The notes below the pieces were generated by a model. That model was not told where the DNA came from. It ran no database searches and worked only from the letters and a program-made list of their open reading frames with translations. From Lama glama (taxonomy: Eukaryota), in the NCBI GenBank assembly GCA_028534125.1, contig CM052816.1, positions 32,118,001 to 32,182,000 on the forward strand: a DNA stretch of 64,000 bases, given 5' to 3'. The translations under genes were made by a program, and so were the position numbers. Positions 40,421 to 53,123 of this stretch are shown piece by piece (the first letter of the stretch is position 1; the number at the start of each line of letters is the position of its first letter).

Positions 40421-42289
40421 CTCAGAGATTATCTGTAACCAGGACAGAAATTGTACCCTCTCAGGAGTGCACTTTACCCAATCAGAAGGTGAATTTCAAT
40501 TCAATTCAATTGTATTCAATTGATGAATTTAAATCACTGGATTTAAATGTGAAAAGGAAAACGAATGTTAATAATCAGCAACTAAATGCTATACGTTTGT
40601 CCATAGAAAACAAGTGCTATGCTCCACTGATCAGTAATCCAGTTGGAAAAGCTTACTTTATCTGACAGTAGAATTAAATAACATTTGATGGGAGACGATT
40701 TTCCCTCAGGTTTGCTTTAAATTGTAAAAAAATGCTCAAAATATTCTAATTTCAACTATAACATTTTCTGTTCATTTAACTTTAAAGAGTTTCATGTGGT
40801 ATTTTAGACTTATGAGTACATCATATTTCTAGAGTGAAAAATACTTACTTTTATTTACTTCACATTTATGATTTTCAAATAGCCTTATAGTTCTCGTGTA
40901 TAATTTCTTCTGTTTGCAAATCCTACACTTCAGGAAGCATCAAAAACTTCTAATTCCCTAATACCTCCTGATTCTATAAACTAAGCTAAAGATTCCAAAT
41001 TTGAATGCTTTTAGAAACTAAGCAATCACATACATATGTGAGGTGACAATTTGGAGTGATGAGGACTTGGGGAACAGGTTCGTGTCTTGATTTTTGTTCT
41101 ATGTGGACTTTGAAAACATGTACAATTTTAACAGGAGTGTTAGACAATCAGTGAGAATCAGCTAAAATCCTAAGGAAGAAGGGAAGAGAAACTGAGATGA
41201 TCCTTTAGAAATGAAGGATGTAACTTAGGGCTCCAGTCAAGTGTGGAGTCAAATCTCAAGGGAGGACAGCATCTTCCCAGAGGAAAAGCTCAGGTTGCAT
41301 AATAGTCCCGAGCTCTTTTATGCCAATCCCATGACCAGTGAACACCAAACTCTGTCCTAGCTTTGACCAACGATGACAAAACTTTTCTTTTAACCACCTG
41401 TAGTTCTTTTCTTACACCTTCTTTTGCCTGAGAAAACACCTTCCTTTTTTATCATTAGCTAAGAGGAGATGATCCTAGACTTGCATCATTAAGAAAGAAA
41501 TCACTGATATGGGTGAATGAGTAAAGAAAAGTAATCTGTGTAATAAAACTGATGCACTCAGAACATTCCTCATGCTTTCCAATCCTCAACCTCCATGATC
41601 TAATCTGCTGAAAAATCAGTGTCACAGAAGACATTGTGACACTGTCACATTGTCTTTCTCCTTTAAAAGATGCTTCCTTAAATACTTGGTGAATCGCTCA
41701 GAGAGTGACAGCATCTCAGAGAAACTCTCTGAAGCAGAATCCACAAGCCTTGTGCCAAAGTATCATGCCACCAAGAAAACACAGAGCAAGAGATTCTAAA
41801 ATGGATCATCAAAACCTAGTTCAGAATAAGAGGAAACGGAGCAATTTGAGACTTCAAGGCAGTAAATTAAACGGCTGAACTTCATCCCTGTGACCCTGTC
41901 CAGAGATATATTTCAGGGCTTTCTAACAGGTCATGCTGTTTTCACAGCTGAATTTACTACAGAAGTTTCCATGGTACCCTGTGCAAATTCACAAGTTTCA
42001 CATAGTTTGTACTCAAAGTCAGTCTCTAGTTAGGTTGAAAAAGAGAAGAAAAGGTAGAATGAAATAATCTGATGGAAAAATACAGTAAGAAGTGACTCTG
42101 TTGGTTCAACTCCTCCATTTTACAGAAACAGAAACAGCCCTACGTAGTGACCTGCGCAAAGCTAGAATAAATCAAGTAGCAATCTTGTTCTTTTTTCACT
42201 ATGCAGCACTGCCTGCTTTAGTAAAGACTTCAAAAAAAATTCTCTTGAAGTATTATCAATGCATATAGGAAAGCAAATTAAACAAATAT

Positions 42290-42805
42290 GTATTTTTAAA
42301 AACAATAATAATAAAGCAAGAAGTTGAGAAACCACTGCCCAGGTAAAGGACTAGAACACTGCCAGTCCCTTGGAAACCTGTGCAAGCCCCTCCTTAGTGC
42401 ACCCTCTTTCTTTCCTCAAAGGAAACCGGTCTCTCACTTAAGTGATAACTGTTCACTTGCTTTACATTTTGTGTTACTACTTAGGTTTATTTAGTGGAAT
42501 CATATTATTATATGTTAATTTTTTCATCTGACACCTTTCATTCGATATTGGTGAGATTCAACTAAGCTGATGTGTAGAGCTATAGTTTGTTCATTTCCTG
42601 GCTGTTTAATATTCCACAATGTGAATATGTCATATTTTATTAATCCACTTATTGACAGACAACTGGAAGCCTCTAATTTGGTACTATTTTAAAAAATACT
42701 GTTATGAATATTCTTGAATTGGTCTCCTGACTTACATGTACAAGAATTTCTTTAGGGAATGTATCACTACAAAGTATAATTTCTATATTGTAGGGTAAGC
42801 ACATA
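42290..42805 (-). mobile_element. Old L1ME-like 3' fragment
   Basis: gtgagattcaactaagctgatgtgtagagctatagtttgttcattt...gttatgaatattcttg. Confidence 0.65.
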
Positions 42806-42809
42806 GTTT

Positions 42810-43250
42810 ACTTAGAATGCTTTCAACAGGAAAAAACATGTAACTCTAACTTAAAATAGTGTAAACAATAAGAACATTTACTATGTTCCTAATAAAAAAC
42901 CTAGGCATAAGCAAAACCCAGCATTGTCCATTTCAGTGGTTCAACAACGTATTCAAGGATCCAGACAATTCCATCTCCTACTCTCATCCTTAAAACCTCT
43001 TTCACTTTGTTCTCAGGCTGGGTCCTTCATAATCGCAAGATAGCTGCAAAAGCTCCAGACACCATATCCAATCACCACCACATCCGGAGGAAAAGAGAGC
43101 CCATCTTCTCCAATGTTTCTCGCTTAAGGAAACCTTTCCCTGAAGTCCCCAGCAAACTTTCTCTCACTTCATAGGGAACAATCATATCACTTGCTCTGCC
43201 TAAATGAGTCACTGGAAAGGGATATAAAACTCATCTAAAACCAATCAAGA
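42810..43250 (-). mobile_element. Old MLT1 MaLR LTR
   Basis: ttagaatgctttcaac...cgcaagatagctgcaaaagctccagac...cctttccctgaagtccccagcaaactttc. Confidence 0.7.
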
Positions 43251-43369
43251 TGTTCACTATATACTCTCAGAGGCTGGTAGGAGTCCTGAGCACCTACCAT
43301 CGGAATGAGGTTATATCCTTTATCTTTTTTCCCTTAAATTTTCGTATCATTAAACAGAATGATATGTAT

Positions 43370-43790
43370 TTGTTTTTGTGAAAAATGAAATTTTAAGCCT
43401 ATAGAAGAGCATAATGAATAGCATAATAAACCCCACCACATGCACCCAGCTCCCATTGTCAAGATTAACTCATGCCCCATCCCCTTTTGTCTAGATCCCA
43501 TCCATCTCCCCATTCCCTTCCCAAATTATTTTCAAGTAAATCCAGCTGTCTTGTCATTTCATCTATAAATACATCAGTATATGTCTTTAAAAAAATAAAG
43601 ACTCTTAAAAACAAAGCCACAATATGATTATCACGTCTTAAAAAAAAAGTTCCTAACACAACAAATATCCTGTTAGTATTCAAATATTTCCAATTATCTC
43701 ATAAATGTGTGTGTGTGTGTGTGTGTTTAGAGAGTTAGTTAAAGCTGAGGTCCAAATAAAGCCCAAATATACCAATTGATTGAAATATCT
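43370..43790 (-). mobile_element. L1MC-like 3' end with (TG)n at 43706-43725
   Basis: caaattattttcaagtaaatccagctgtcttgtcatttcatctataaatacatcagtatatgtcttt. Confidence 0.65.
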
Positions 43791-44869
43791 CGTAAGCGGA
43801 ATCAGATATTCTTGGGAAAAAAAGTCAGGGTTTTGTAAATGAGGAGGATGGGCAACTGAGGAAATGTGAGCAGAGGCTGCAGCTAATAGGACCCACCCAG
43901 GCTCTGAATAGGTCTTAGAAGATCCAGCACCATGGTCAGTGGCCACCCCTGGAAATGTGCAGGTTACAATCTAGAAGACCTGCATCAACTCAAAGGGCAG
44001 GAAATAGTAAGGATCTAGATCTCTCAGGAAAAGCATTATCACAAAGAAATGAGCATCATTAAAAACTGAGTGGTGAAGAGCATGGAATTAATGGTAATTT
44101 CACTGCAGCAAGAATTTGCTTTTAAGAAATCAACCATTAGCAAAAGACTAATAAAGATGGCAAAAGACTAGAATTTATAGTTCCCTGGTTAATGATACTT
44201 ATTGATTAAAATAAAAATTAAAAGAATAAAAGATAATGACTTCAACCTACCACTTCTTTGTAATCAATTTTGCTTTTAATCTATGCTTAGTTTTTAAAAC
44301 TAGGTTGTAAATACTTGAAATGATTGGTATTGAATTTGAAATTGTGATTTTTTTTAATGTTCATTTGATATAAACTGCTAAGAGAAGGAGAACTGATAGA
44401 GTGCAAATAAGATTTTTTGGTGTTGTTTATTAATACATCTCCTGCTTCTAAAAATGATTTGCAGTAACAAAATAAAATATATAGATTTGATAAAATTGTA
44501 AAAACATCAAAGCATAACATGGGTAAAATTCAAGAAGTGAGAGGAGAAGGAAGGAAGGAGAATAATTAAGCAGAAAACATGGGTTAAAGGAAAAGATTAT
44601 TCAAACAGAAAATGAGGGCAATAAAATCCTTATAACTACAATAAAGTAAGTCATACATTAGCTACATAAAATATTTACTATTTTTTTAAAATAATAAAAC
44701 TTTTAAAAGTTTGCTGTCCTCTGTCTTCATTTTTCAAATCTATTTTTTAATGGTTGACAGTCACACGTCAGAGGTAGTAGTTCAAAGAGCAGAAAAAATG
44801 TTTACTGTAAGCATAGCTTCTCCAAGAGCTGATTGTGGTAGAATACTGTGCTGAACGAAGGGACTAGGC

Positions 44870-45086
44870 CAGAGGTTCTCTATGAGGGCAGTTTTGGCCC
44901 CCCAGGGGACGTTTGGCAATGTCTGGAGACATTTTGTCTGTCACTATAAAGGGAGAGGTACTATTGCCAACTAGTGGGTAAAGGCCAAGGCTGTTGCTAA
45001 CCCTACAACGCACAGGATGTTCCCCTTCCACCCAGAAAAGAATTATTCAGCCCAAAATGTCAATAGGACTAGGTTGAGAATCCTTG
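44870..45086. mobile_element. MER20 hAT-Charlie MITE
   Basis: cagaggttctc...ccccaggggacgtttggcaatgtctggagacatttt...gcccaaaatgtcaatag...ggttgagaatccttg. Confidence 0.9.
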
Positions 45087-45774
45087 ATCTAGAGGATGGA
45101 GATGTAGAATAACTCCAAAGCACCAGTGTGTCATGCACCAGGAGGATACACAGAATGACTTCTTTCTGCTTTGTCCAGTTCTTTCTCTACCATTTCCTTT
45201 CCTTGTCATTATCTTCGCCATAATCAAAATGCATGCTTTAACCTCTCACTTCTAGTTTACTGCAAGCTCCTAAATGATCTCCAGGCTCACTTTTTCATGA
45301 GCACACAGTTGCCTGACTAATTTTTTTCTCTGACATTGTAATTCACCCTCTCACCTAAAGAACGGCAGTGGCTTCTGTTTTGTCTACGATGTCAAAGCTA
45401 AAGACCTCATCCTGACATCAGACTCATCAACCATCAATGGCTAATTCTTCACTTTTGCAATCTCACCTTAAATCCCTGTAGCTCCTTTGCTCCAGCCAAG
45501 ACATCAAGATATCTTTCTCCCTCTTATCTCCTTCACCTGGTTCAACCTGCCTCCTGGTTGTCTCTTGCTGCTTTGGTAAAGAATAATTACGAAAAACCAG
45601 GCTGTTTTTCAGTTGCTACCATCATGGTAAGTGGGACAACAGCAGGATCTACCACAAAATTCATGCACTGAAAAGAATATAACTATGTTCCTTATAATAT
45701 ACTATGTGAGAAATTGTTTTCAATATTAAAGGCTAAAACAAAAAACATTTTCAGGCAAAAAAATTTTAATTAAT

Positions 45775-46529
45775 TGAAACTGAGTCCCTGTAAAACCAAG
45801 TTCCCCTGTCAAGTTTATGATTAACTTCTTTACTCAAAAATTTTATTCTCCTTCTTGACCTGACCCTATGCCCTTTAGGATTGAGGAGTATCAAAGAAAA
45901 GGGGAGATTGAAATTGAGCAGGGCCATTCCAAGTACAAAAGCCCCTTTAATTCCCTTGTTTCTTGGTTGTAGAAAAATGTGTTAGCACCCTAGGCCTTCC
46001 CCAGGAGTTCCAAAGAGTGAACTCAAGTGATCACTAATTAGGGAAGTGAGGGAGTGCAGAAACAAAGGAAAAGCAGTTAAGCAAGAAAAGTAATGACAGT
46101 ACTTGAGTGATAGCAGAGTTCCTTCTCAAGGGATATACGTAACAATCTGACACATATCTTTGCCTTATTCTGCGAGAACTAAGACCCCCACCCAGGAGGT
46201 GGATGGTGACTACACGCTGAGCACAAGAAAGCAGACCCTAGACTGATGGGAATTAGCAGGTTGATGGTTAAGATTCCTGAAACATCACCCTGTTATCTCA
46301 CCACCAACCAAGCAGAAGAAAGTCATGCCTCTTGCAGTCCTCACCCCTAATGTTGCCTTTAAAAACTTCCCTGAAAACCATTGAGGAGTTCAGGTCTTTT
46401 GAGCTTGAGCTTCCCCTACTCCTTGCTTGGCACCTGCAATAAATGCCATACTTTCTTTCACTATAATCCGGTGTCAGTAGACTGGCTTTGCTGCAAGGTG
46501 GGTGAGTATGTTATGTTGGTTCAGTAACA
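45775..46529 (+). mobile_element. ERV1-class solo LTR (755 bp)
   Basis: TG...CA termini; 4-bp TSD TAAT (45771-45774 / 46530-46533); TATA-like tttaaaaa near 46358; AATAAA at 46438-46443. Confidence 0.85.
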
Positions 46530-46819
46530 TAATCATAATTTTTCCATTTTTTACGGGTCCAATTTATGGAGATTTTCTTTCATGAAAATCTTGGTTTGGA
46601 AGCAAGGAAAATTAGGGAGCTATTATTCACATCTTTAAAAAAATTTTTTTTAATCTTAAAGATACTTCAGGGGAAATTTTTTAATATATTGAATAATAGT
46701 GACACAAAAAATAAGATTAAAGTAAAATATGAAAATTGAATTTACATTTTTCCAGCAAACTCTATTATAAAAGAGAGTTACTCCTTTATTTCTGATAATG
46801 TTAAGTCAACATTTCTTGT

Positions 46820-47010
46820 ACAGAGACTGGAAATGTTCAGCCTGAATAAAAGAAACATGGGCATGATTTAAAAATATTTAAGAAGATGTTATACAGAAAG
46901 AGGAATAGATAAACTTTCAAAGTTTCTCACAAGAAGAGAAGCAGAACAAGTAGGAGGCAGTTGCAAGGAGTGAGATGTTGGCTCAATATAAGGAGGAAGA
47001 CCTGCCACTA
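46820..47010 (+). mobile_element. CR1/L3 LINE 3' fragment
   Basis: ggaaatgttcagcctgaataaaagaa...ttggctcaatataaggaggaag. Confidence 0.6.
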
Positions 47011-47399
47011 CTCTGATTTCGGAGAAGCAATGTCTTAAGACCATCGCTTTAGTTAGGAAAATATGCCCTCACTAAAAACTGACGGCCTTGGCTTCAGAAT
47101 TCCCTCCTTGGTGTTTTATGCACACTAGATGCCAGCCCCATTACTTCATATCCTTGGTTACTCAGACCCCTGGATGCCAGCTTCTCTCAGAATCTGGGCA
47201 GGCACCAGCCCCACACATATCATACTTAGACGGAATTATGTTGCTATTTTGCTCAACTGCAAGAGTAGCCCTCTGTGTCCAAAACAAAGTTATAACCATT
47301 TAGCATGCTTTTTAAGGCCCTTCACAATCTGCATGTCACCATCAACTCACTCCCTGACTCCAGGTGGAAAAGTAAAGATTTTGATGTAAAATAGGTCAA

Positions 47400-48325
47400 T
47401 TTTTTAAAAAATTTATTGTTATTTAGGGGAAAAAAAACCCATTTTGATGGAGTTAAAGGGTAGTCTTGGGAAAATGTTGTAGATAGAAAATGCATCCAGA
47501 CAGTGTAAAGGAATTTAACAAAGTCTCCCCTAAACTCTTTATGATCAAGTTAGAGAAATGTGAACCAGATACTATGACATTTAGGACAATCTGTAACTAG
47601 AAAACTGACCATCAAGGACTGATTAATGGATGATTACCAGCCTAAATAGAGATTTCCAATGGTGGAGTACAGTATGTTGCTTGACTAATGATACAGTTAA
47701 AAATATGGAACTGGTGCTTGTCACATGATGCTGAGACGGAAAGCAAATACAAAGAAAGGTAGAAACAGGAGACAAAACGCTAGGAGGCCAGAATGCTGGA
47801 TGGAATAAAAGAAGATGAAATTCAAAAACCGAACTGCAAAAGTACAAGACAGGGAGACAGAGATATTGCAGAACCATTTGTGGAAAAGGCATAAATATTT
47901 TATTCAATTGCAAACTTAATATAAGTCAACATGTGACTCTCCCTCCAAAAAAGAAACTAATATGACCTTGGGTTGTATTAATAGACATACAGTAAAGGAG
48001 ATGAATGTTCCTCTGTCCTCTACAACCTAAATGCAAAGGAACTGGTGATATTTAGCCTGAAGAAAGAGGGTGGATTGATTGTTCTCTTTAAATATTTAAA
48101 GAGGTGTCATGCAGAAGCAGCCCTCAGAAGTTCAACATACAGTGAGTAAAATATATGAGGAGATAAATTTGGATTTTCTTCCTAACAGTGACAACTATCC
48201 ATGGGAGTGAATAAGGTCTCTATCACCAGACTGAATGAGTTTTATACATGCTGTAGGTTAGATTCGAGTCCTGGAGAAGTGACTGGGGTAAATGATTGTT
48301 AAGTATTTTGAACTCTGTGATTCTA
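47400..48325 (+). mobile_element. CR1/L3 LINE ORF2 and 3' end remnant
   Basis: RT-region-like aaggaatttaacaaagtctc...atgatcaagttagagaaatgtg; ggtgatatttagcctgaagaaagagg; terminal aactctgtgattct. Confidence 0.7.
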
Positions 48326-49109
48326 CAATTTGGAAGAACTCAGAAAGCTAGGGGTCATGTTGAGTAAAGCTATGACAGTGGTGGATTGGGCAGGATGGGA
48401 ATTAGTGAAGGAAAGTTGCTCCATCCTCAAAAAGCATGAAGCAAAACTCTCGCTGTCTCTTAACAAAGTTTCACTAGAGATGAACTGCACTTCCACACTC
48501 ATTGGGTACAAAACTTTACAGAATTATAGAGAAAATTCTCTTTCCATTTTATGCTTTATAAAAGCTTAAAAATGTTTCCTCTTCCTAAATCTGATCTGCA
48601 AGATCTCTTTACTAAATTGTGTACAATGTAGATTTGTTAGGCATTTTCCAGGAGTAATTTTTCAACTGTAATAAGAAAAAGCTTAACAGTAAATTGTGGA
48701 ATAAATCTGGCCCTTGGAACTAAAATCTGTGGTTCTGAATTTACTTTTTAAAAAATTTATTTTGTGTTTCCAAGACATCAAGTAGAATAAACCTGTCTGC
48801 CTGCACATGAGTCTCCTTTTCCTACATCAATGTCAAAATGATGGTTTTGGCGTGAGTGTTTTACTTCTCAATATCAGAGACAGGCATTTGGCCAACATTC
48901 CTTCAGGATTTACCTGTGCTGGTTTTCTGTCAACAACCAGGGACATGTTCATTTCATCTGGCCCCAAGGGACTTCATGGCTGTTAGTCTGCATTTATTTT
49001 CCATTCCCACCACTTAATCATGCATTTCTTCAAGGCAATAGATGTGTCCAGAAGTCTTCCTAGCCAGATCTCCTACAGCTTCATTTGTCTGCCTTTCCTT
49101 TCTTTTGGG

Positions 49110-49250
49110 TTAGCAGCTCTCAAATTTAGAGTGCTGTAGAATTACCTGGACAGCTGGTTAAAAATATGGATTCCAAGATCCCATCCTCAGGTGTTCTCAT
49201 TTAAGAGCTGCCCTGAGAGGCGGACACTATTTTTAACAAAACCCACATCT
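49110..49250. mobile_element. MER5A/B hAT MITE fragment
   Basis: gcagctctcaaatttagagtgctgtagaattacctggacagctggttaaaaatatggattcc. Confidence 0.6.
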
Positions 49251-49477
49251 CGTAAAAAGGTTCTCTTTTTAATTTTTTTTTAACAGGAGGTCAACAGATT
49301 ACACATTGAGAAATAATCTCTAACGGATTCTAAATTGGTATGAAGAGATGTACCATGTGGTATTTTTCTCATCAGACATGAGAAAACTTGTTGATGATCT
49401 ACTCCTTTACAACAATGATTGGTTAAAAGATGTCTCCCTGACCCAAGAAGAGATAACAATAAATACAGTTTCATGAA

Positions 49478-49612
49478 TACTTGTTACTCAAATGGTGATC
49501 TATGTGGAGCTTGTTAGAAGTGCTCCACCCCACACCTATTGAATCAGAACCTGCACTGTAACAGGATATTCAGGTAATTTAAATAACTACTGAGATTTAA
49601 GAAGCAAATGTG
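49478..49612. mobile_element. MER5A-like hAT MITE
   Basis: ggagcttgttagaagtgc...cctattgaatcagaacctgcactgtaacaggatattcaggtaatt...tttaagaagca. Confidence 0.7.
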
Positions 49613-49713
49613 CTAGAGCACATGGAAAACTGACAAGCAACAATGGTCCAGATTTCAGTCCAGCTTCAAATAACAGAGACCCAAAGTAACAGTAGCTTAA
49701 ACAAGAAAGTTTA

Positions 49714-50784
49714 CTTTTGCATAGCTAAGGATACCATCAACAAAATGAAAAGACAACCTACAGAATGGGAGAAAATATTTGCAAATGATGCGACCAACAA
49801 GGGACTAATTTCCAAAATATACAAACAGCTCATACAGTTTAACATATATTAAAAAAAAAGCAACCCAATCAAAAAATGGGCAGAAGACCTATAGACATCT
49901 TTCCAAAGAAGACATCCAGATGGTCAACAAGCACATGAAAAGATGCTCAACATCATTAATTGTTAGAGAAGTCCAAATCAAAACCACAATGAGATATCAA
50001 CTCACACCAGTCAGAAAGGCTATCATTAAAAAGTCCACAAAAAATTAATGCTGGAGAGGGTGTGGAAAAAAAGGAACACTTTTACACTGTTGGTGGGAAT
50101 GTAAATTGGTGCAGCCACTATGGAAGACAGTATGGAGATTCCTAAAACACTAAAAATAGACTTACCATATTATCCAGCAATCCCACTCCTGGGCATATAT
50201 CTAGAGGAAAATATAATTCAAAAAGACACATGTACCCCAATGTTCATAGCAGCACTATTTATAATAGCCAAGACATGAAAACAATCCAAATGTCCATTGA
50301 CAGATGACTGGATAAAGAAGTTATGGTATATATACAATGGACTACTACTCAGACATAAAATAGAATAAAATAATGCCACCTGCATCAACATGGATGGACC
50401 TGGAGATGATTATTCTAAGAGAATTAAGTCAGAAAGAGAAAGAAAAATACCATATGATATCGCTTATATGTAGAATCTTAAAAAAAAAAAGGACACATAT
50501 GAACTTATTTACAAAACAGAAACAGACTCACAGACATAGAGAACAAACTTATGGTTACCAAGGGAAAAGTGGGGTGGGAAGGGATAAACTGGGAATTCGA
50601 AATTTGCACCTCTTGAGGAGTGATGAAAATTTTAGCTATTTTGATTGTAGTGGCAGTTTCATGGGTGTATATACATCTATCAAAATTAATCAAATTGTAC
50701 ACCTGAAATACATGTAGTACAGGAATCATACCACAATAAAAGTGTTTTTAAAAAACAAAAAACAAAACAAAAAAACAACAAAAA
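49714..50784 (+). mobile_element. 5'-truncated L1 with a foreign old-L1 3' segment (50609-50745) and A-rich tail
   Basis: ORF2p remnants FCIAKDTINKMKRQPTEWEKIFAN...YHMISLICRI; TSD aagaaagttta at 49703-49713 and 50785-50795. Confidence 0.9.
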
Positions 50785-50890
50785 AAGAAAGTTTATTTCT
50801 CTCACACATAAAAATCCATTTGTAGGTGAATTAGGGCAGATACTATAACTTTGTTCCATGTGGTCCTCAGAGATCCAGGAATCTTCTAGA

Positions 50891-51079
50891 CTAGGCTGTT
50901 GTGTTTGTTATACAGAATGTGCACTGCACAATTGTAGGATTCCATTCACGTAAGAATCAAAACAGACTTGGGAATTTATTATGACAGTTTTCCTGCATCT
51001 GGCATTAAAAGACTTACAGAATGGATGTTTTTTTCCCCTAAATCACAAAAACTTGCTTTCTGGGCTGATGACAGAACAG
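50891..51079. mobile_element. MER91-like hAT-Tip100 MITE
   Basis: tgtgcactgcacaattg...ccattcac...gggaatttattatgacagttttcc. Confidence 0.55.
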
Positions 51080-51810
51080 AGTCTAGCTCTTTGCTTACTG
51101 TCCCTTCATTCTCCTACTAAGTTAGATTTGCAGATATCACCTTCACTTTTCAAGTAGAATCCTGAAGGAAGGGACAAAAAGTATGCACCAGCTATCTAGT
51201 GTTACTATAGTCTTAGCATACATCCCATTGATCAGGTACCAGAAACATACTTAGCTGCAAAGGAGGCTGGAAAATTCAGTCTTTATTCAGGGAAGTCATA
51301 CGCCCAGCTCAAAAGTGTATTATGGTGAAGAATGGGAAAATTGGCATGAGAAACAACTAAGAATCATGTATTTGGGGACAAAAGCCATGTATTTCTGAGA
51401 TTTCTATCATAAAAATAGTCTGCCTTTTCAAAACCTGCTCCATTCAACTAGATGGTTCTAGTCCAAAGTTGAGTCTCTCCAAAATGCCACATCTGGTCTA
51501 CCAACTTCAGCAACATTTGACTGTGTATCAATTTTCTTTCTTTTGTCCTAAAGGGACAGGGATAGGCAAGTAAGTGGTTAGCAGTGAGGCCAGAGAGAGG
51601 AGCAGAAATCCAGGTACAGAACCGAAGTATAGAGGAGATAATATTAATAGGAAAGTAGAGCTGTCATCAAAGACTAGCAAACAAGGTGATCTAATATTGA
51701 CTCTTAGGGAGTTAAGCTACAGCTTCTTCAATCCTTTGTGTTCAAGGTGAGGACTGTCCTAAAGGAGGAGAGACAGAATGCGCTTATGCAGGGGTCACCA
51801 TTCTGGGAAG

Positions 51811-53110
51811 CAAGGCCAGCTCCAAAATTTGTGGGACCCAATGCAAAATAAAAATTTAGGGTACCTTGTTCAAAAAGAAGAGAAAGTGTAGTTAAAGGTA
51901 CTAAAATATAAAGTTATTTCCTTTAAAATATTTTATTATTTATAAAATGTAATAGGGGTGTAATAATATATGAGTAACAACATTAACCTACAAGTTGTAT
52001 AAAAATGATATTTTGGTGCACAATTTTGTAATATTATAAATAATATCTTATTAATGTAGTATCTTGATTGATCACAAGATTTGTTGGATCATTTTTCTGC
52101 AAATTCATTTATCAGGTCACTAGAATAGTTCATTTTCAATTGATATGATTTAAAGTCACTTACGTTGTTCCTGGCAAATAAAGTATCACAAATAATTTAT
52201 ATATATATAATTATGAGAAAGATCTTTCAGTTGCATAACCATTACTAGAGCTATCAAGAGTACTTGATAGACTGTGACAACATTGGGATAAAGTTCTGAT
52301 ACATTATTTTGAAATTAAAGTTTAGTACATCTAGAGCTAATGGTTCTTGCAGAAAAAATTTTTTAAAGATTTAATTCCTCATAAATTAATTTTATGCAAC
52401 TGAATTTGATTCTAGATGTAAATTAGTACAATGGCATTTAAGTATTTCTTCTAACATTTCCTGAAATGGAGGTTGTACATGAAATCACAAGTGGTGTTAT
52501 GAATTTGCAAATAATTCAGAACACCTGCTTACACATTCTATCATACTTTCAATTAAAAGGAAAAATCAATTTTAGAATTGTCATCCTCATTAGTAACTGG
52601 TTTATCTGAAGCTTCAAATAAAAAGTGTTCTTTTCCATCCAATGGGCAATCTGTACATTCAATTTCTATTTCTAAACCTGTGGATATCTGCTTTGCAATG
52701 TTGAAGCAGTTTTCAAACCCAGGGATTATTCTAAACTCTTTGAAAAATGATAGTAACTCCCTAATATGCTTTATTGCAATGTCCATGCGTACGCTTTCAT
52801 TTTGTAGTTATTTATTAGCAAAATTTACTTAACTGCTTGCAGTTCCTATATCAATGCTCAGTCCAGAGAATTAATACTTGTGCAGAAGCCCTAGGGATGA
52901 GCTTCCGAGATGGATAGCCAAGCTGGCGTCATTACCTGGCCTCAGTACTGCCTCTTACCATACTGTCCTCTTTCCCAAGGCTGCAACTGCTGACTGTCAC
53001 TGTTGCCAAACTAGACCAGGTCCAGGCCCCAGTGGCCCCCTCTAGGTCCCACAGCATCTTGGACTGTCCCAGGTATGAGAGTACACATACGACAGGTGTG
53101 TACATTGCTG
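51811..53110 (-). mobile_element. Zaphod/MER115-like hAT-Tip100 transposon with decayed transposase
   Basis: Terminus caaggccagctccaaaatttgtgggacccaatgcaaaataaaaat. Minus-strand ORF MDIAIKHIRELLSFFKEFR... and frameshifted hATC motif YPNV..YQVLL.ALV...TERSFS near 52215-52290. Confidence 0.8.
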
Positions 53111-53123
53111 CCCACCATCCCAG

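Larger units (their letters stand above)
49650..51365 (-). mobile_element. Old MLT1 (I/J-like) LTR split by an L1 and a MER91-like insertion
   Basis: taacagagacccaaagtaacagtagcttaaacaagaaagttta | tttctctcacacat...cttagctgcaaaggaggctggaaaattcagtcttt. Confidence 0.7.
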
